Shown piece after piece: positions 10,045 through 22,195 of a stretch of DNA of 39,037 bases. Source of the DNA: a virus (Duplodnaviria; Heunggongvirae; Uroviricota; Caudoviricetes); the IMG/VR virus record IMGVR_UViG_2778261428_000004, positions 1-39,037 of that record; one strand, 5' to 3'. Position 1 is the first letter of the stretch. The number at the start of each line of letters is the position of its first letter. Position numbers and translations under genes: made by a program. Under the pieces are notes generated by a model. The model was given only the letters and a program-made list of their open reading frames with translations. It searched no databases and was not told the origin of the DNA.

Positions 10045-11462
10045 TACTCGATCCTTATCTGGCAGCCAGACAGAGTGACAGGTGACTTCGTGATAACGCG
10101 CAATTTGAAGCCGACATTTTTCCTGATGCGCCCGACTCGCTTCCACAAAACACGCTTGTCGTAAACGAACGGTTCATTCTGCTCAATCATCTGCTCACGC
10201 CCGTAATTGATGCCGTCAGTGGTTGCAGAGAGGAACAGGCGGTCGGCGTACTGAGCTACGCCAGTTGAAGATTCAACCTCAAAGTCGAAAACTCTGGCGT
10301 TATCCGCTTTGAACAACGGAGTAAACAGCAGGTGTTCCTGTTGCTTGTCGTACTGGCTGCTGATGTCGAATTGCAATTTCCCGGTCACGGACTCCAGCTT
10401 ATCGCCGCACGTTATCTGATTGCCTTCGTAAATGAAGTCGATAGCGCGGTACACATCGTCATACAAGCCTGTTTTCAGCACACACCATTGCGGACCATTG
10501 GCGCTTGAAGATGCGTCGTAAACAAGAACATGGCGCGGCAGGTGAATAATCAGCAACTCATGAGCATCAAACCGCAACGATTCCATCACGCCATCAGCCA
10601 GTTCATCAGCCGTGTAGGAGCGTAGTATTTTCTCAATGCTCGCGCTGGCGATTGGTGATACCTGACCGGAGCCGATGATGTATACAGACGGCGCACCTGT
10701 TGCCGGATTGCTGATGAACGCATACGAATCAGCAAACGGCGTTTTGCAGTAAGTTCCGGCAATACCTTTCTGCACCATCAGCGATGGCTGTGCGACATAC
10801 AAAGCGGCACCAATGGTGGTTGCACCAGTCAGGGAGAAATATTCAATCGTCGATGAACCAAAGCAGACGATGAAGTCTCGCCATGTTCCGATGCCGAGGA
10901 TACCGTCCGGCTGCGATTCTGCGCGATATTGTGCGCTGTAACGGTCAGGATGCGATTCGTCTTCAAGGTCAGTGATAAACCATGAATCAGAGCCGTCTTT
11001 TGACCACGCATAACGCCCACGTAAGCGCGTAATGTCACGAACAGAACCTAACTCATACTGAGTGAATCCGCTGTCTGTAGGCCAGTTTGAGACGGTTTTA
11101 ACCGTGCCATCATAGCGATACTCAACCAGTTGACCATTAACGCCTACAGCCTGAGATGTTCGACCATGCGCCATTGATACGCGACCACTTCCGGCAACAT
11201 CACCGACTTCACTTTCTCCTTTGTACAGCTTGCCGCCACACACGCGATAAACAACATTCTGCGCCATGTTGTACTCGACGCCTCGCGATACTCCGTTCAC
11301 ATCAGAACGTTTGGCAATGCCCGGGAATGAGCGAAGATATCCGCTGCTGTTCAGGATTTCTTTGGGTGTAGCCAGCATATTCACTGGCAGATAGTCGATA
11401 TAGTCGGCATTTCGGAAGTCTTTGCCGACACCTTTCATGAGCGGAAGTTGCTGAATCGGCAT
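10044..11462 (-). CDS. Tail hub / tail accessory protein, P22 gp10-like
   Basis: 472 aa, the same length as P22 gp10; synteny between gp4 and gp26. Confidence 0.8.
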   Translation of the reverse strand: MPIQQLPLMKGVGKDFRNADYIDYLPVNMLATPKEILNSSGYLRSFPGIAKRSDVNGVSRGVEYNMAQNVVYRVCGGKLYKGESEVGDVAGSGRVSMAHGRTSQAVGVNGQLVEYRYDGTVKTVSNWPTDSGFTQYELGSVRDITRLRGRYAWSKDGSDSWFITDLEDESHPDRYSAQYRAESQPDGILGIGTWRDFIVCFGSSTIEYFSLTGATTIGAALYVAQPSLMVQKGIAGTYCKTPFADSYAFISNPATGAPSVYIIGSGQVSPIASASIEKILRSYTADELADGVMESLRFDAHELLIIHLPRHVLVYDASSSANGPQWCVLKTGLYDDVYRAIDFIYEGNQITCGDKLESVTGKLQFDISSQYDKQQEHLLFTPLFKADNARVFDFEVESSTGVAQYADRLFLSATTDGINYGREQMIEQNEPFVYDKRVLWKRVGRIRKNVGFKLRVITKSPVTLSGCQIRIE

Positions 11463-11939
11463 TATTCGCTCCCGTTATCGCAAGGTTCCTTTCGGTGGAA
11501 GTAATTCCAACCGTTCCACTTCGCCAACTGGTTACCGCTACCAACAGGCATACGGTTTGGATAACCGGACTTACATTTAGCGGCTTTTGCTCTGTCCATT
11601 GCAGACAGTTTGACGAGTCGCTCTTTCCCGTATCTGGCAGTGGTTATAAGTTTTGCTGACGCTTCCAGCGCATAATCCGGAGCAATGCGGCAGGCAAGGT
11701 TGAAAATGACGGCATTGATAGCGTTATTTGATAAACCGTGCTCATCTCCCGGATCTGGAGCGACATCTGCATCAGCGAAAATGTAGCCAACGTTGATACC
11801 TGGTGACACATCACCGCCAAGCCATTCAGCCATCATCATTTCAAGGTCGTTGACGCCGTCTTCCATAGACTGCGGTTCGACATCGGTTAACGTGGCATTT
11901 GATGCCACACCGAGCTTACGTAATGCCGCAAGAACTAAA

Positions 11940-11962
<23 letters not shown>
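11462..11962 (-). CDS. Head completion / tail adaptor protein, P22 gp4-like
   Basis: From ATG 11962 ([33 protein letters not shown]...) it matches P22 gp4 as recalled. The upstream QSQSQS extension of the ORF is not taken as coding for this gene. Confidence 0.8.
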
Positions 11963-12194
<232 letters not shown>

Positions 12195-12205
12195 GCTTGT
12201 CTCCA

Positions 12206-12230
12206 TATAAAAAAGGGAGCCGAAGCTCCC
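12206..12230 (-). terminator. Rho-independent terminator immediately downstream of coat gene
   Basis: Minus strand GGGAGC-TTCG-GCTCCC followed by TTTTTTAT, 9 nt after the coat stop codon. Confidence 0.6.
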
Positions 12231-12238
12231 TCTGGTTA

Positions 12239-13534
12239 TCACGCAGTCTGGTTAGGCAGACCAACACCAATTGCCTCTGGTCGTACAGCACATGCTGAAT
12301 ACCACACAGCAATACGGCACTTACCAGACAGAGTGTTGATATCACCCTGCGTTGCGAAGATGCCGTTAACACCAATGCCTGGAATGCTGAAGGAAGACGT
12401 TTTCATACCAGCAAACAGTTCATGGGTTACCGGGATCGGCTGAGACAGAAGGCGGATTGAGTCATCAGCCCAGAACACGTTAGCGGTGGTTGTTGCCACG
12501 TTCAGAACGTTTACCGGAGTGGTATCAGCAAGAGAGGTGTTTACGTTAGCGTAAGCCTTCTCTTCTTTTGTCAGTGACGCGTCATCCAGTGCAATCGGTT
12601 TCGGCGTGATTTCGATGTGAGTACCATCGATCACACGGGTGATTGAGAAAGTCGCATCATCAGTCAGCACATTCTTCGCCATCTGAGACAGGAATTTCAC
12701 ACCAGTGAAGCTGATTTTGTCGCCGCGCTTAAATCCGGTGGTGGAGGATACGGTCACCGTTGCAACACGGTTGTCGACGTTCTCTTTGTTACCATCGGTA
12801 TCAAGGGTGTATGCCTGCGGCTTAAACTTCTGCGCACCAGAAACAGTTACACCAGTAGCGGTTGACTTGGTAACAGCCGGAAGTTTCGGTGAGCGAAGAA
12901 TTTCATCAAAGCCAGCAATCTGACGCTGAATGGTACCGTTGCGATACGCTTCTTCAGGAACGCGCCCGAAGATGTCACCATCTACCAGGTTGCGGCCTGC
13001 TTTGCGGTAATCGTCAGGGTTCAGGAAGTAACTGATGCCCATATCGCGGTTGAGTTCGCGGGAGAACATCAGGCGCTCTGCATCAGACACAAAATCCCAG
13101 CCAGACAGGCCAGTAGATGGACCAATTGCGCGGGTATCGTGAACAACAAGCGAGCCCATTTCAGTTGCCTGTTTGGCAATCGCTGACTCAATGTTATTCG
13201 CCAGTTTTTTGGCGGATGCCTGGATGCGGCGACGGTAAGAACGCTCATCACGCAGGTCATCTGCACGAAGCTCGAAGAAATCGTTATCCGGATCGCCCAT
13301 GTTGCACTTCACGGAGAGTTCCAGAATCCCGGTTGCGTTGCCAGTTAAATCCCAGCCAGTCTGGGTTGGCGCTTCCTGCTCAACAGGCATCCACACGGTG
13401 TTGCTTGAACGCTGCATGGATTCTGCCGGAGGGGTGTATTTTGTCACTTTGGACGCCATTGGCGTCAGGTTCTGGACGGTTTCGATGATTTCATCCAGAG
13501 CATACGTGACCAGTTGACCTTCATTTAATGCCAT
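12239..13534 (-). CDS. Major capsid (coat) protein, P22 gp5-like
   Basis: 431 aa against 430 aa for P22 gp5; position after scaffold; abuts the scaffold gene stop. Confidence 0.85.
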   Translation of the reverse strand: MALNEGQLVTYALDEIIETVQNLTPMASKVTKYTPPAESMQRSSNTVWMPVEQEAPTQTGWDLTGNATGILELSVKCNMGDPDNDFFELRADDLRDERSYRRRIQASAKKLANNIESAIAKQATEMGSLVVHDTRAIGPSTGLSGWDFVSDAERLMFSRELNRDMGISYFLNPDDYRKAGRNLVDGDIFGRVPEEAYRNGTIQRQIAGFDEILRSPKLPAVTKSTATGVTVSGAQKFKPQAYTLDTDGNKENVDNRVATVTVSSTTGFKRGDKISFTGVKFLSQMAKNVLTDDATFSITRVIDGTHIEITPKPIALDDASLTKEEKAYANVNTSLADTTPVNVLNVATTTANVFWADDSIRLLSQPIPVTHELFAGMKTSSFSIPGIGVNGIFATQGDINTLSGKCRIAVWYSACAVRPEAIGVGLPNQTA

Positions 13535-14445
13535 TATCGAATTCCTTTATTCAGTTGCGCCTTGAGCTTGCGGTACGTCTCTACATCCCCTTTGTTTGCT
13601 GCCGCTTCCATCTGCTTTTCAATCGCAGAGATATTTGCAGCAACAGCGTGGCCCTGAATAGGTTCATCAGGTAACGGGGCTTCTGAAACAGGCTTAGCTC
13701 GAGGCTTGAGAGTTAAACGTTCTGACAGTCGAGTGAGTTCAATCAGCGCGGATTGCCCGTCCATCGCCAGCAACTGGCGTGTTTTCTCAGGATTAGCACC
13801 AAGGTGATACATGAGAGCAGCGGATTTCTCCGGGAAGAGACGCATGATATCGGCACCGACTGCTGGCGGCACCAGTTGCATGAATGCATCCTCTTTCTCC
13901 TGATAGTCAGGGATGTTGAGCTTTTCCGCTGCGTCGTAGTGCTTACGGGCTGCCTCGACGTATTGCGCTGATTGCTGGGTGAACTCCTGAGTTTTGCGAC
14001 CCTGCTCGGCGACAGCCTGGCTTCGTGCGTCCATAGCCTTGATCTGCCATTCACTGTTTGCCTGCTGGAAGGCAGCCAGTGCGCGGCTCTGGTCATAGTC
14101 GTACTTAGCCAGTGCGTCTTCGGAAAGATAATCGTTAGGGTCTGGTTGTTTTGGTAACTCAGGGTTCACCCGCAGGTGCTCCGGCAACTCTCCCCGCTTA
14201 ACCGCTTCCATCTGTTGCTCAAGCTCACGCTGGCGTTTGCGTTCGATGCGGCGACGGGCAAATTCAGCATTAGTTGCCGGGTCTTGTTTTGGTTTCTCAT
14301 CGTCTTTCAGGACAATCTCGAAGCCTTCTTCCTGACCTGCGTTGTCGTTGGCATTATCGACAACTAAGCCATCAGCAGATGCCGCTGCATGATTGCCGGG
14401 CAGGGTTAATTCTTCAGAAGCCTGAATGTCGGTGGTTTGGTCCAT
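13534..14445 (-). CDS. Scaffolding protein, P22 gp8-like
   Basis: 303 aa, the length of P22 gp8; highly charged helical composition; synteny portal-scaffold-coat. Confidence 0.85.
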   Translation of the reverse strand: MDQTTDIQASEELTLPGNHAAASADGLVVDNANDNAGQEEGFEIVLKDDEKPKQDPATNAEFARRRIERKRQRELEQQMEAVKRGELPEHLRVNPELPKQPDPNDYLSEDALAKYDYDQSRALAAFQQANSEWQIKAMDARSQAVAEQGRKTQEFTQQSAQYVEAARKHYDAAEKLNIPDYQEKEDAFMQLVPPAVGADIMRLFPEKSAALMYHLGANPEKTRQLLAMDGQSALIELTRLSERLTLKPRAKPVSEAPLPDEPIQGHAVAANISAIEKQMEAAANKGDVETYRKLKAQLNKGIR

Positions 14446-14458
14446 GATTAACTCTCTC

Positions 14459-16624
14459 TTATTGAGGTGTCTCGGCTACTCCGCCGGAGGGGATTTGAAC
14501 TTGACGCATAAGATTCGCGAAATCCATGCGTTGTGAATGAGTCTGGTCTGCATCTTTAAGAAGCAGCTCAGCGTTAGCACGAGCATCTTTGCTGCGCTGT
14601 TGCTGGAATTGACCTACGAGCTTGAGGTACTCACGCAGTTCTGCCTGCTTGTCGAGGTCCATATTGTTGAAGATTTCTGCAATCTTCGCGGCGTTGAGTT
14701 GGTTTTGGGCTTCAACCTTGGCGGCTTCAACCTGAATCTGCGCCTGTTGGTTCTCTGCCTTGAGCAATTCAGCCTGACCTTGCAGAAGGATACCCTGAGC
14801 CTGAATTTGCTCTGCTGATGGCTGCTGCGGCTGTTGTTGTGCCTGCTGCACCATCTCCATCTCTTCAGGTGTTTCTGGTTTCTTCAGCCCCATCATCACC
14901 AGTTGCTTGTTCGCGTACTCTCGCATCATCTCGACGCCTTTACCGTCAAGCAACGTGAAGTATTGCAGCATCAGCATCTGGAACTCTGGAGTACCTTGCG
15001 GAACCTTGGTTAGCAACTCCTGAATCTCTGCGCGATTCTGTTCCTTCATGCTCTGGAAGGATGGCCCAACGTCTGTATAGCACTCATAGCGACCGCGAAT
15101 GTCGTTGAGTGTGACCACATTGCCGGACTGGTAATCGACAACTTGCGCGTAGAGTTGAACGTCTTTCTCGCTACCATCTTCAAGTGTCAGCGTTACATGG
15201 CGAGGAACGTCATAAATATCGTTGACCATTGAGGCATAAATCTCGCCATCACGTCGCATTGCGGTAGCCAGGTTATCCTGAAACACGTATGTCTCAAGGT
15301 CTGCCCGCATGTTCAGTTGATTGACGGTATCGAAAGCGACCTGAGAGTTTGCCGCCTGCGCATCCACGCCAAGACTAGCCACCTCTTTCACTGCGTTGGT
15401 GGCAGCCTCAAGCATGTAAGCGTTGGCTTGCGGCACTTCAGGGTTTTCCATGTAGGAGATTGGACCAATCGGCAGGTCGTTACCGTTTTCATCGGTCCTG
15501 TTCTGCAGATAGTACGGATAGTCATCATTTCCACCGTACATGTATTCGTAGCCTTCGATTTGCTCAGGGAAGAAGGTCGGTTTCTTCTTCGGTGAACGAG
15601 CAACAATATCGGCGTTGAACGACATGATCATGTTACGAAGGCGTTGACCGTCTTTCGTCAGCCTTACCACTCCCTCGTAGCACTCCTTGTCACCAGCAAA
15701 TGACCATTCTCCATACACTGGAACGATTGGGATATGCTCTCCGGCTATCTTCTCGCGATCTTTCAGTATCTGCGTGCAGGTGATGATCGACTTATACACA
15801 CGCCGACGCTTCACCTTGCGCTCTGCTACCTTAATGAATCCACGATTAGCCAGGTCGTCGATAACGTCTTTAATATCCTGCTGGTAATAGCTGACCGGCT
15901 CACCTGTCAGCGGGTCGCGGTAGATGAAGACTTTCTCCTTCTTCTCTTCTACCTCGTAATACTCGGCGACGTAGACGACATCATTCGATACCCACGGAAA
16001 CAGCCATGTGTCGTTCGGATTCTGGAAAGATGGCAGGGTGTCAGGATCAATACCGTAATCCTCTGCGAACTCTTTCCAGCCATTGCGTGACAAAGCGTTA
16101 ATCACCGTGCAGTGCTTAGCGTCGCTCTTATCCATCTGCTTGCTGTTGGCGTCCCATATGACGTGTGAGCAGGCTTCATGGATTGGAAGGCGTCGGATTA
16201 CCTGATTGTTGCTTGTTGGGTCGTTGTCTTCGTACTGCGTGACCAGACGCCATGCACCAACGCCGGACTCTATCTGCTCACGAACGCCAACGTTAACAGC
16301 AATCTTTGCCGTGTTATGGCGCATATCAGTACGATACATCCCCATCAACACATCGGCAGCATCAGGATTAGCGCCGTCTTTTGGTCTGAAGAGAACGTCG
16401 ATAGGGTTACGGCGCATCTCTGCGACCAGTTTCCTGACCACCGGGCGAACAACATCGAATTGTCCGCGATATTGCAGGGTCGTGTAGTTTGATAGCCAGT
16501 CATCCCATTGCGACACTCGGCTAAAATACAGGTCATTTGTCGCCTCGGTTCTGGCTTCATCGCTCGCCATCCAGTCTGCGTCAAACTTACACAGAATGGA
16601 ATTGAGTCTGTTTTCGTCGGCCAT
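14459..16624 (-). CDS. Portal protein, P22 gp1-like
   Basis: 721 aa; directly downstream of the large terminase; Gln-rich C-terminal barrel-like tail as in P22 portal. Confidence 0.85.
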   Translation of the reverse strand: MADENRLNSILCKFDADWMASDEARTEATNDLYFSRVSQWDDWLSNYTTLQYRGQFDVVRPVVRKLVAEMRRNPIDVLFRPKDGANPDAADVLMGMYRTDMRHNTAKIAVNVGVREQIESGVGAWRLVTQYEDNDPTSNNQVIRRLPIHEACSHVIWDANSKQMDKSDAKHCTVINALSRNGWKEFAEDYGIDPDTLPSFQNPNDTWLFPWVSNDVVYVAEYYEVEEKKEKVFIYRDPLTGEPVSYYQQDIKDVIDDLANRGFIKVAERKVKRRRVYKSIITCTQILKDREKIAGEHIPIVPVYGEWSFAGDKECYEGVVRLTKDGQRLRNMIMSFNADIVARSPKKKPTFFPEQIEGYEYMYGGNDDYPYYLQNRTDENGNDLPIGPISYMENPEVPQANAYMLEAATNAVKEVASLGVDAQAANSQVAFDTVNQLNMRADLETYVFQDNLATAMRRDGEIYASMVNDIYDVPRHVTLTLEDGSEKDVQLYAQVVDYQSGNVVTLNDIRGRYECYTDVGPSFQSMKEQNRAEIQELLTKVPQGTPEFQMLMLQYFTLLDGKGVEMMREYANKQLVMMGLKKPETPEEMEMVQQAQQQPQQPSAEQIQAQGILLQGQAELLKAENQQAQIQVEAAKVEAQNQLNAAKIAEIFNNMDLDKQAELREYLKLVGQFQQQRSKDARANAELLLKDADQTHSQRMDFANLMRQVQIPSGGVAETPQ

Positions 16625-18124
16625 TTAAGTTCTCCGTGCGATGGGCCTGATTGGGGCTGGTATCTTTTTCTCTTTTGGTTTTTTGATGTCGCGCATCATT
16701 TTTGCGAAGCGGCGCATCATGTATGCATAGCGAACGGCGGATAGCACGTCGTCGTTAAGCTTGACGATTTTCCCGTTTTCATCACGGTGATAGAGGCGGA
16801 ACTCCTCAAAGAATGGCTCACAGGTGTTGAATACTTTGAAGCGACCATCGAGCATCATGTCGCGCAATTCAGTGATGCCAGGCTCCACAGCATTACCGCC
16901 ATCAGGCCATGTCGCATGCTCCTGCAACATCATAAAACCAGCATCTGCATACTGCCCTTTGAGCTGCTCACCGCCGCCCTTCTCGTGCTGGTTTCCGTCA
17001 TGAGGCCATGCGGTTGGCACTTTATGCGCCCATGATTTAACAGCTCCCCATGCCTGAACGGCTGTTTTTTCTTTCGCCTTCCACACGCGTGAAACGTAGA
17101 TTGTGTCTGCGTCCTTATCCCACCAAAGCTGAACCTGCGCCTGCGGGTGATCCCATCCAAAATCCATCCCGCCAATTACGTAGAAGTGATCAGGACACTC
17201 GAACGGCTGACACTTAATCGTCTCTTCCGGTATCTGGAAGATTCGACCACTACCCATCGTAGGAATACCGCGAGCACGCGCCTCTCTCTCATGCTCAGGA
17301 TAGGATGCGATGATTTGCTCTTTCTGCTCGTCGGTGTAGTGCTCAGCGTCATAGATGGTCATGTTGACCACTTTCTGCGACTTGCTGGGATTCTTCAGGA
17401 ACTTGGTAACAACGTCAGACATCCCCATCAGCGGGGTAAACGTCAGAATTGAGAATTGCCCGTATTTGTTGGTACGGGTAAGACCTTCGCCATAAATGCT
17501 GTATGGTGGCTCTTCGTCAAACCACACGCCGTGGATTGTGTCACCCTGCCAGCGAGCGCGGCCTTGCGAGTATGGCTTGAAGTAGCAGATTGAAATGCCA
17601 TCTTCAACGCCATCAGCCGTGTGATGCTTAACCAGAAGATGATCAACAAGGTTCGGAAAGAAAGGAGACTTCTTCCAGCTAATGATGTCTTCTTTCGGTA
17701 TGGAACCGTAGCCAGGCTCATCATTCTCTTCGATACGACCGCACAGGATGCGTTGAGTCGTTTTGGTTACAGTCTCGTTTGTCTCGCCACCAATCCAAAA
17801 GACAACAGGCTCATAGAAACGCTTACCTTTCCACTCACCGCCATATTTACCATCAGCAGGATAGCCTTTTGTGCCCGGATAACGCCCTGTAAGGTGAAAC
17901 GCGACTTCAGCAGCACCAGTAAATGACTTACCAAGCTGGTTACCAGCCATAAAACATCGCTCTGGATAGTCATGTCCGGCGTCGATGAACTCACGCTGTT
18001 TGCTGTATGGCGTAAATTCATATAGCAGGTGTGTGTTCCGGTAGTTCTCTTCTTCTTCGAGTAGTTCGAGCAATTCTATTTGCTCTTCGTCGCTCAGGTT
18101 ATCAAGAATCGCGTCCAGTTCCAC
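16625..18124 (-). CDS. Terminase large subunit, P22 gp2-like
   Basis: 499 aa; N-terminus [30 protein letters not shown] as in P22 gp2 as recalled. Confidence 0.9.
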   Translation of the reverse strand: MELDAILDNLSDEEQIELLELLEEEENYRNTHLLYEFTPYSKQREFIDAGHDYPERCFMAGNQLGKSFTGAAEVAFHLTGRYPGTKGYPADGKYGGEWKGKRFYEPVVFWIGGETNETVTKTTQRILCGRIEENDEPGYGSIPKEDIISWKKSPFFPNLVDHLLVKHHTADGVEDGISICYFKPYSQGRARWQGDTIHGVWFDEEPPYSIYGEGLTRTNKYGQFSILTFTPLMGMSDVVTKFLKNPSKSQKVVNMTIYDAEHYTDEQKEQIIASYPEHEREARARGIPTMGSGRIFQIPEETIKCQPFECPDHFYVIGGMDFGWDHPQAQVQLWWDKDADTIYVSRVWKAKEKTAVQAWGAVKSWAHKVPTAWPHDGNQHEKGGGEQLKGQYADAGFMMLQEHATWPDGGNAVEPGITELRDMMLDGRFKVFNTCEPFFEEFRLYHRDENGKIVKLNDDVLSAVRYAYMMRRFAKMMRDIKKPKEKKIPAPIRPIARRT

Positions 18125-18590
18125 GGTTGAATAGCTCCTTGATACGAGAGCGCCGCTTATCGCGATCTCCCTTATCAGGTGTCACGTCTTCAACTTGCGA
18201 CTGCTCTTTGAGGCCCAAATCACGGGCGATTATGTTAGCGTTGAGAAGGTCAGCGGCTGCGCCAGAGAATTTCTGGTCGTAGATGACCTGCTCTGCTCGC
18301 GTAACGACTTCAGATAAATCTTCTCGCAGGCGATATGTGCGCCATGTTTCAAGCGTCACATCAATGAACAGAGTGAGGCCGGTAATAGTCATCGCTCGCA
18401 TCTTGGCGATAGGCTCTTGTATCACTTCACCCTGATACGAGAATGCCTTCATCTCCCATAGCGGGTTAGCTTCCACCCACTCGAAGTATTCACAACAAGC
18501 AGCCCACAGCTCCTCAGGCGATTCGAATTTAGGATTTCGCCCATGACTACTGCGGGCCTCCCAAAATCGGTTGCCCTTTGGTGCTGCCAT
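18102..18590 (-). CDS. Terminase small subunit, P22 gp3-like
   Basis: 162 aa; [29 protein letters not shown]... matches P22 gp3 as recalled; overlaps the terL start by 23 nt. Confidence 0.9.
   Translation of the reverse strand: MAAPKGNRFWEARSSHGRNPKFESPEELWAACCEYFEWVEANPLWEMKAFSYQGEVIQEPIAKMRAMTITGLTLFIDVTLETWRTYRLREDLSEVVTRAEQVIYDQKFSGAAADLLNANIIARDLGLKEQSQVEDVTPDKGDRDKRRSRIKELFNRGTGRDS
18296..18323 (-). other. P22-type pac site inside small terminase gene
   Basis: Minus strand reads GAAGATTTATCTGAAGTCGTTACGCGAG, matching the P22 pac consensus as I recall it. Confidence 0.55.
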
Positions 18591-18669
18591 ATTGATTATT
18601 TCCCTTCTGCTTGCTTATCCCATTCATCGCGGAATTTGGATGGGTTGTCGAAACCTTGAGTTGCCATGT

Positions 18670-18912
18670 TTATGCTCCTGTAGTGAACAGGTCTAACGCT
18701 TCCTTCGATTTACGCACCGCTTCGATAGTGCGGGTCGTGATATCTGAATTAGCGCCGCCTGACTGGAAGTGAATTTTGAATAGCTCAAGCTTCAGTTCGT
18801 CAGTGCCGATGAATTGAAATGCTTCTTCTGCGGCTGCGTTCTGGTTCATGACCAGCTTGTAAATCTCTAACTGGAATTTCTGTTCTTCAGTCATGGGAAT
18901 AATCTCTGCCAT
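18670..18912 (-). CDS. Hypothetical protein, 80 aa (P22 orf80-like by position)
   Basis: 80-aa ORF immediately upstream of terS; a gene of the same size occupies this position in P22 as recalled. Confidence 0.5.
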   Translation of the reverse strand: MAEIIPMTEEQKFQLEIYKLVMNQNAAAEEAFQFIGTDELKLELFKIHFQSGGANSDITTRTIEAVRKSKEALDLFTTGA

Positions 18913-19016
18913 TGTTGGCTCCGTTTATCCGTTAAAAGGGATATCAGTTAAGTTATCCCGTGTAGGGTATAAGCCATTATCAAAGCCACTCTGTAGGGAA
19001 TGGCTTTTGTGATGGC

Positions 19017-19041
19017 AATAAAAAAGGCCGCCTGAGCGACC
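19017..19041 (-). terminator. Rho-independent terminator downstream of DUF551 gene
   Basis: Minus strand GGTCGC-TCAG-GCGGCC (one G-U pair) followed by TTTTTTATT. Confidence 0.5.
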
Positions 19042-19059
19042 TTTCATTTTTCATCCGTT

Positions 19060-19275
19060 TTAATTATCTGGGTAATTAAGCGGCATCCAGTGTGTAACCT
19101 TGCTTGCTCCTGAATCGATGAATGCCTTGGTTCTCTGCCAGTAAGAGCCCATACATGATAGTTTGAACACGTCACCAGTATCAGTAAGAGCTATAACCTC
19201 TTTAGACCACATCCCTTCTTTGCTTTCTGGTAGCCGGTGTTCAACATTGATCCATTGGTTTCCGTTATCATCCAT
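19060..19275 (-). CDS. DUF551 domain protein
   Basis: WINVEHRLPE...THWMPLNYP pattern resembles the C-terminal domain of the 257-aa protein at 36360-37133. ATG at 19275; a GTG lies one codon upstream. Confidence 0.55.
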   Translation of the reverse strand: MDDNGNQWINVEHRLPESKEGMWSKEVIALTDTGDVFKLSCMGSYWQRTKAFIDSGASKVTHWMPLNYPDN

Positions 19276-19714
19276 CACAACCTCGTCTAGTTGTTCGCCA
19301 TAGATTCAGTGGCAGGCGGTGACGATTCCGCTTTTCGGGAGCTACCCTAGCCACTGCTTTATTCTATCCGATGTCTTTCCATCAGTCCGCCACCACAAAG
19401 AATCTTTTTTGCCATAAGGCAGGAGGTTCATCTTTCAGTGGCTGCCAGTGTTATTTCCCCACTTTCTGGCTTGGGTTGTTTCGCTGTACTGCCGTAACTG
19501 GTTACCCAGAATAAATTTTGGTTTCATTATCAAGCCCATCCGTAGATAGGCTTTGTAATGAACTGGCTCTTATCTCAACGCAGCCCATTACTGCGCGCCT
19601 GATGCTCAACTTCAAGCATCAGCAATGAGATGTTTAATCTGGATTCACTCCAGAAGTGATCACCACCCTGTCTACAGAGCCAGATGTGAAGGATGATGAG
19701 TAAAATTATCGCTA

Positions 19715-20173
19715 TCATCGAAGGCATTGCGTCCTGATGTATTCCTGCAGGTAGTTAACCTGCGCGGTTATCTTGTCTATTCCACTTCGGAGACGGTAAT
19801 AATTGAGTTCAGCATCTGCTGTAAGTCCTGGGCTTTCTCCATCGCCCATGCTGCTGGCTCCGGTCGTTGACTTTGCACAGGTGGCGGCGACTTGCAGGCG
19901 CTTACGCCCAGCAGAAACATCAGCACGGAGACTTTCGATAGTCGCGTTAGCATCAGCAAGCTCCTTTGTGTATCTGGCGTCGAGTTCTGCTACATCACGT
20001 TGACGCTTCTGCATGTCAGCGATGGTGGCGTTCGCCTTCTCCAGTTCACTGGCCTTGTTATCGCGCTGCTCTTTGTAGGCGATTGCGTTATCACGGTAAT
20101 GATTAACCGCCCATGACAGACAGACGATGATGCAGATAACCAGAGCAGAGATAATCGCGGTTACTCTACTCAT
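19715..20173 (-). CDS. Rz: i-spanin (Rz-like)
   Basis: N-terminus [31 protein letters not shown] is lambda Rz-like; the C-terminal half diverges. Confidence 0.85.
   Translation of the reverse strand: MSRVTAIISALVICIIVCLSWAVNHYRDNAIAYKEQRDNKASELEKANATIADMQKRQRDVAELDARYTKELADANATIESLRADVSAGRKRLQVAATCAKSTTGASSMGDGESPGLTADAELNYYRLRSGIDKITAQVNYLQEYIRTQCLR
19777..19959 (-). CDS. Rz1: o-spanin (Rz1-like lipoprotein) embedded in Rz in +1 frame
   Basis: 60 aa, lipobox LGVSAC, Pro-rich; nested within Rz as in lambda. Confidence 0.75.
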   Translation of the reverse strand: MLMLTRLSKVSVLMFLLGVSACKSPPPVQSQRPEPAAWAMEKAQDLQQMLNSIITVSEVE

Positions 20174-20646
20174 ACTTCAATCTCTCTGACCGTTCCGCCT
20201 GCTTCTTTGAATTTTGCAATCAGGCTATCAGCCTTATGCTCAAACTGACCATAACCAGCACCCGGCAGTGAAGCCCAGATATTGCTGCAACGGTCGATTG
20301 CCTGACGGATATCACCGCGATCAATCATCGGCAAAGCGCCACGCTCTTTAATCTGTTGCAGTGCCACAGCGTCCTGGCTTTTCGGAGAGAAGTCTTTCAG
20401 GCCAAGCTGCTTACGATAGGCATCCCACCAACGGGAAAGAAGCTGATAGCGCCCGGCTGCTGTTGATTTGAGTTTTGGGTTTAGCGTGACAAGTTTGCGA
20501 GGGTGATCTGAGTAATCAGTGAATAGCTCTCCTCCTACAATGACGTCATAACCATGATTTCTGGTTTTCTGACGTCCGTTATCAGTTCCCTCTGACCACG
20601 CCAGCATATCGAGGAACGCCTTACGTTGATTATTGATTTCCACCAT
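20170..20646 (-). CDS. R: Endolysin, lambda R-type lytic transglycosylase
   Basis: 158 aa, near-identical to lambda R as recalled ([39 protein letters not shown]...). Confidence 0.95.
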   Translation of the reverse strand: MVEINNQRKAFLDMLAWSEGTDNGRQKTRNHGYDVIVGGELFTDYSDHPRKLVTLNPKLKSTAAGRYQLLSRWWDAYRKQLGLKDFSPKSQDAVALQQIKERGALPMIDRGDIRQAIDRCSNIWASLPGAGYGQFEHKADSLIAKFKEAGGTVREIEV

Positions 20647-20953
20647 CTTCTACTCCGGCTTTTTTAGCAGCGAAGCGTTTGATAAGCGAACCAATCGAGT
20701 CAGTACCGATGTAGCCGATAAACACGCTCGTTATATAAGCGAGATTGCTACTTAGTCCGGCGAAGTCGAGAAGGTCACGAATGAACCAGGCGATAATGGC
20801 GCACATCGTTGCGTCGATTACTGTTTTTGTAAACGCACCGCCATTATATCTGCCGCGAAGGTACGCCATTGCAAACGCAAGGATTGCCCCGATGCCTTGT
20901 TCCTTTGCCGCGAGAATGGCGGCTAACAGGTCATGTTTTTCTGGCATCTTCAT
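20630..20953 (-). CDS. S: Holin/antiholin, lambda S-type (S107/S105 dual start)
   Basis: [39 protein letters not shown]... is near-identical to lambda S as recalled. Confidence 0.95.
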   Translation of the reverse strand: MKMPEKHDLLAAILAAKEQGIGAILAFAMAYLRGRYNGGAFTKTVIDATMCAIIAWFIRDLLDFAGLSSNLAYITSVFIGYIGTDSIGSLIKRFAAKKAGVEDGGNQ

Positions 20954-21246
20954 GTCTTACCCCCAATAAGGGGATTTGCTCTATTTAATTAGGAATAAGG
21001 TCGATTACTGATAGAACAAATCCAGGCTACTGTGTTTAGTAATCAGATTTGTTCGTGACCGATATGCACGGGCAAAACGGCAGGAGGTTGTTAGCGCAGC
21101 CTCTTGCCACCCGCTTTCACGAAGCCAGCCATTGCGCTGGTTTTCTTTTATGCAAAGCACACCGCACCGTAGCCACAGCGGATAAGGTGATTATTTTTGT
21201 CTGTCTGGTATTTGGTTTGATGTGCTTTCAGAAAGGTCGTGATTAA

Positions 21247-21280
21247 AACGCAAAAAGCCCCGAGCTATTAACTCAGGGCT
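21247..21280 (-). terminator. tR'-like terminator downstream of late promoter
   Basis: Minus strand GCCCTGAG-loop-CTCGGGGC (one G-U pair) followed by TTTTTGCGTTTT, about 40 nt downstream of the -10. Confidence 0.55.
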
Positions 21281-21315
21281 TTATTTAACGAGTGCATTTA
21301 TCCATCGTTGGGTCA

Positions 21316-21344
21316 AATTTACCCAACTTTATTCAAAAAGTCAA
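21316..21344 (-). promoter_or_regulatory. Late promoter pR' (-35 TTGACT, 17-bp spacer, -10 TAAATT)
   Basis: Minus strand TTGACTTTTTGAATAAAGTTGGGTAAATTTGAC closely resembles lambda pR' as recalled; immediately downstream of Q. Confidence 0.65.
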
Positions 21345-21386
21345 TATCATGCCGTAAAGATGTTGCCATCCGTGGCAATCATGCCG

Positions 21387-22010
21387 CTAACGTGTGACCG
21401 CATTCAAAATATTGTCTGCGATTGACTCTTCCTTGTGGCATTGCACCACCAGAGCGTCATACAGCGGCTTAACAGTGCGTGACCAGGTGGGTTGAGTAAG
21501 GTTTGGGATTAGCATCGTTACAGCGCGATATGCGGCGCTTGCTGGCATCCTGGAATAGCCGACGCCTTTGCATCTTCCGCACTCTTTCTCAACAACTCTC
21601 CCCCACTGCTCTGTTTTTGCTATATCAACCGCACGGCCTGTACCGTGGCAATCTCTGCATCTTGCGCCCGGCGTCGCGGCACTACGGCAATAATCCGCAT
21701 AAGCGAATGTTGCGAGCACTTGCAGCACCTTTGCCTTAGTATTTCCTTCGAGCTTTGCCACACCACGGTATTTCCCCGATACCTTGTGAGCAAATTGCAT
21801 CAGATAGTTGATAGCCTTTTGTTTGTCGTTCTGGCTGAGTTCGTGCTTACCGCAGAATGCAGCCATTCCGAATCCGGCTTGTGATTGCGCCATCCCCATA
21901 GCAGCCATCACATCAGTACCGGAAAGAGAGTCAGAAGCCGTAGCCCGTGGTGAGTCGCTCATCATCGGGCTTTTTGGCGAATGAAATTTAGCTACGCTTT
22001 CGAGTCTCAT
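21387..22010 (-). CDS. Q: Late gene antiterminator Q (lambda Q-like)
   Basis: 207 aa; MRLESVAKFHSPKSPMMSDSPRATASDSLSGTDVMAAMGMAQSQAGFGMAAF... matches lambda Q as recalled. Confidence 0.95.
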   Translation of the reverse strand: MRLESVAKFHSPKSPMMSDSPRATASDSLSGTDVMAAMGMAQSQAGFGMAAFCGKHELSQNDKQKAINYLMQFAHKVSGKYRGVAKLEGNTKAKVLQVLATFAYADYCRSAATPGARCRDCHGTGRAVDIAKTEQWGRVVEKECGRCKGVGYSRMPASAAYRAVTMLIPNLTQPTWSRTVKPLYDALVVQCHKEESIADNILNAVTR

Positions 22011-22195
22011 GGCCTTCCCCTTTTGCCCTGTTTGACCATCAGGACGCCGTTAACTATTATGTGACGCTCACCTTTGCTGTCTCGGTTGTACTTGAGCACT
22101 GTTCCTCTTGCGCAGGAAAGCATCCTCGCCACTTCGGTCTGATTGCCTCGTGTCTGGATAAGAAGCTCTGGTATCGTTTGAATTGTGGCTTTCAT
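22007..22195 (-). CDS. ninH: NinH-like protein
   Basis: TIPELLIQTRGNQTEVARMLSCARGTVLKY resembles lambda NinH; position immediately upstream of Q. Confidence 0.7.
   Translation of the reverse strand: MKATIQTIPELLIQTRGNQTEVARMLSCARGTVLKYNRDSKGERHIIVNGVLMVKQGKRGRP

Noticed and set aside
21049-21246. 65-aa plus-strand ORF in the Q-S intergenic region
   Set aside because: It overlaps the pR'/tR' late leader, which is transcribed from the other strand; no SD; most likely spurious.
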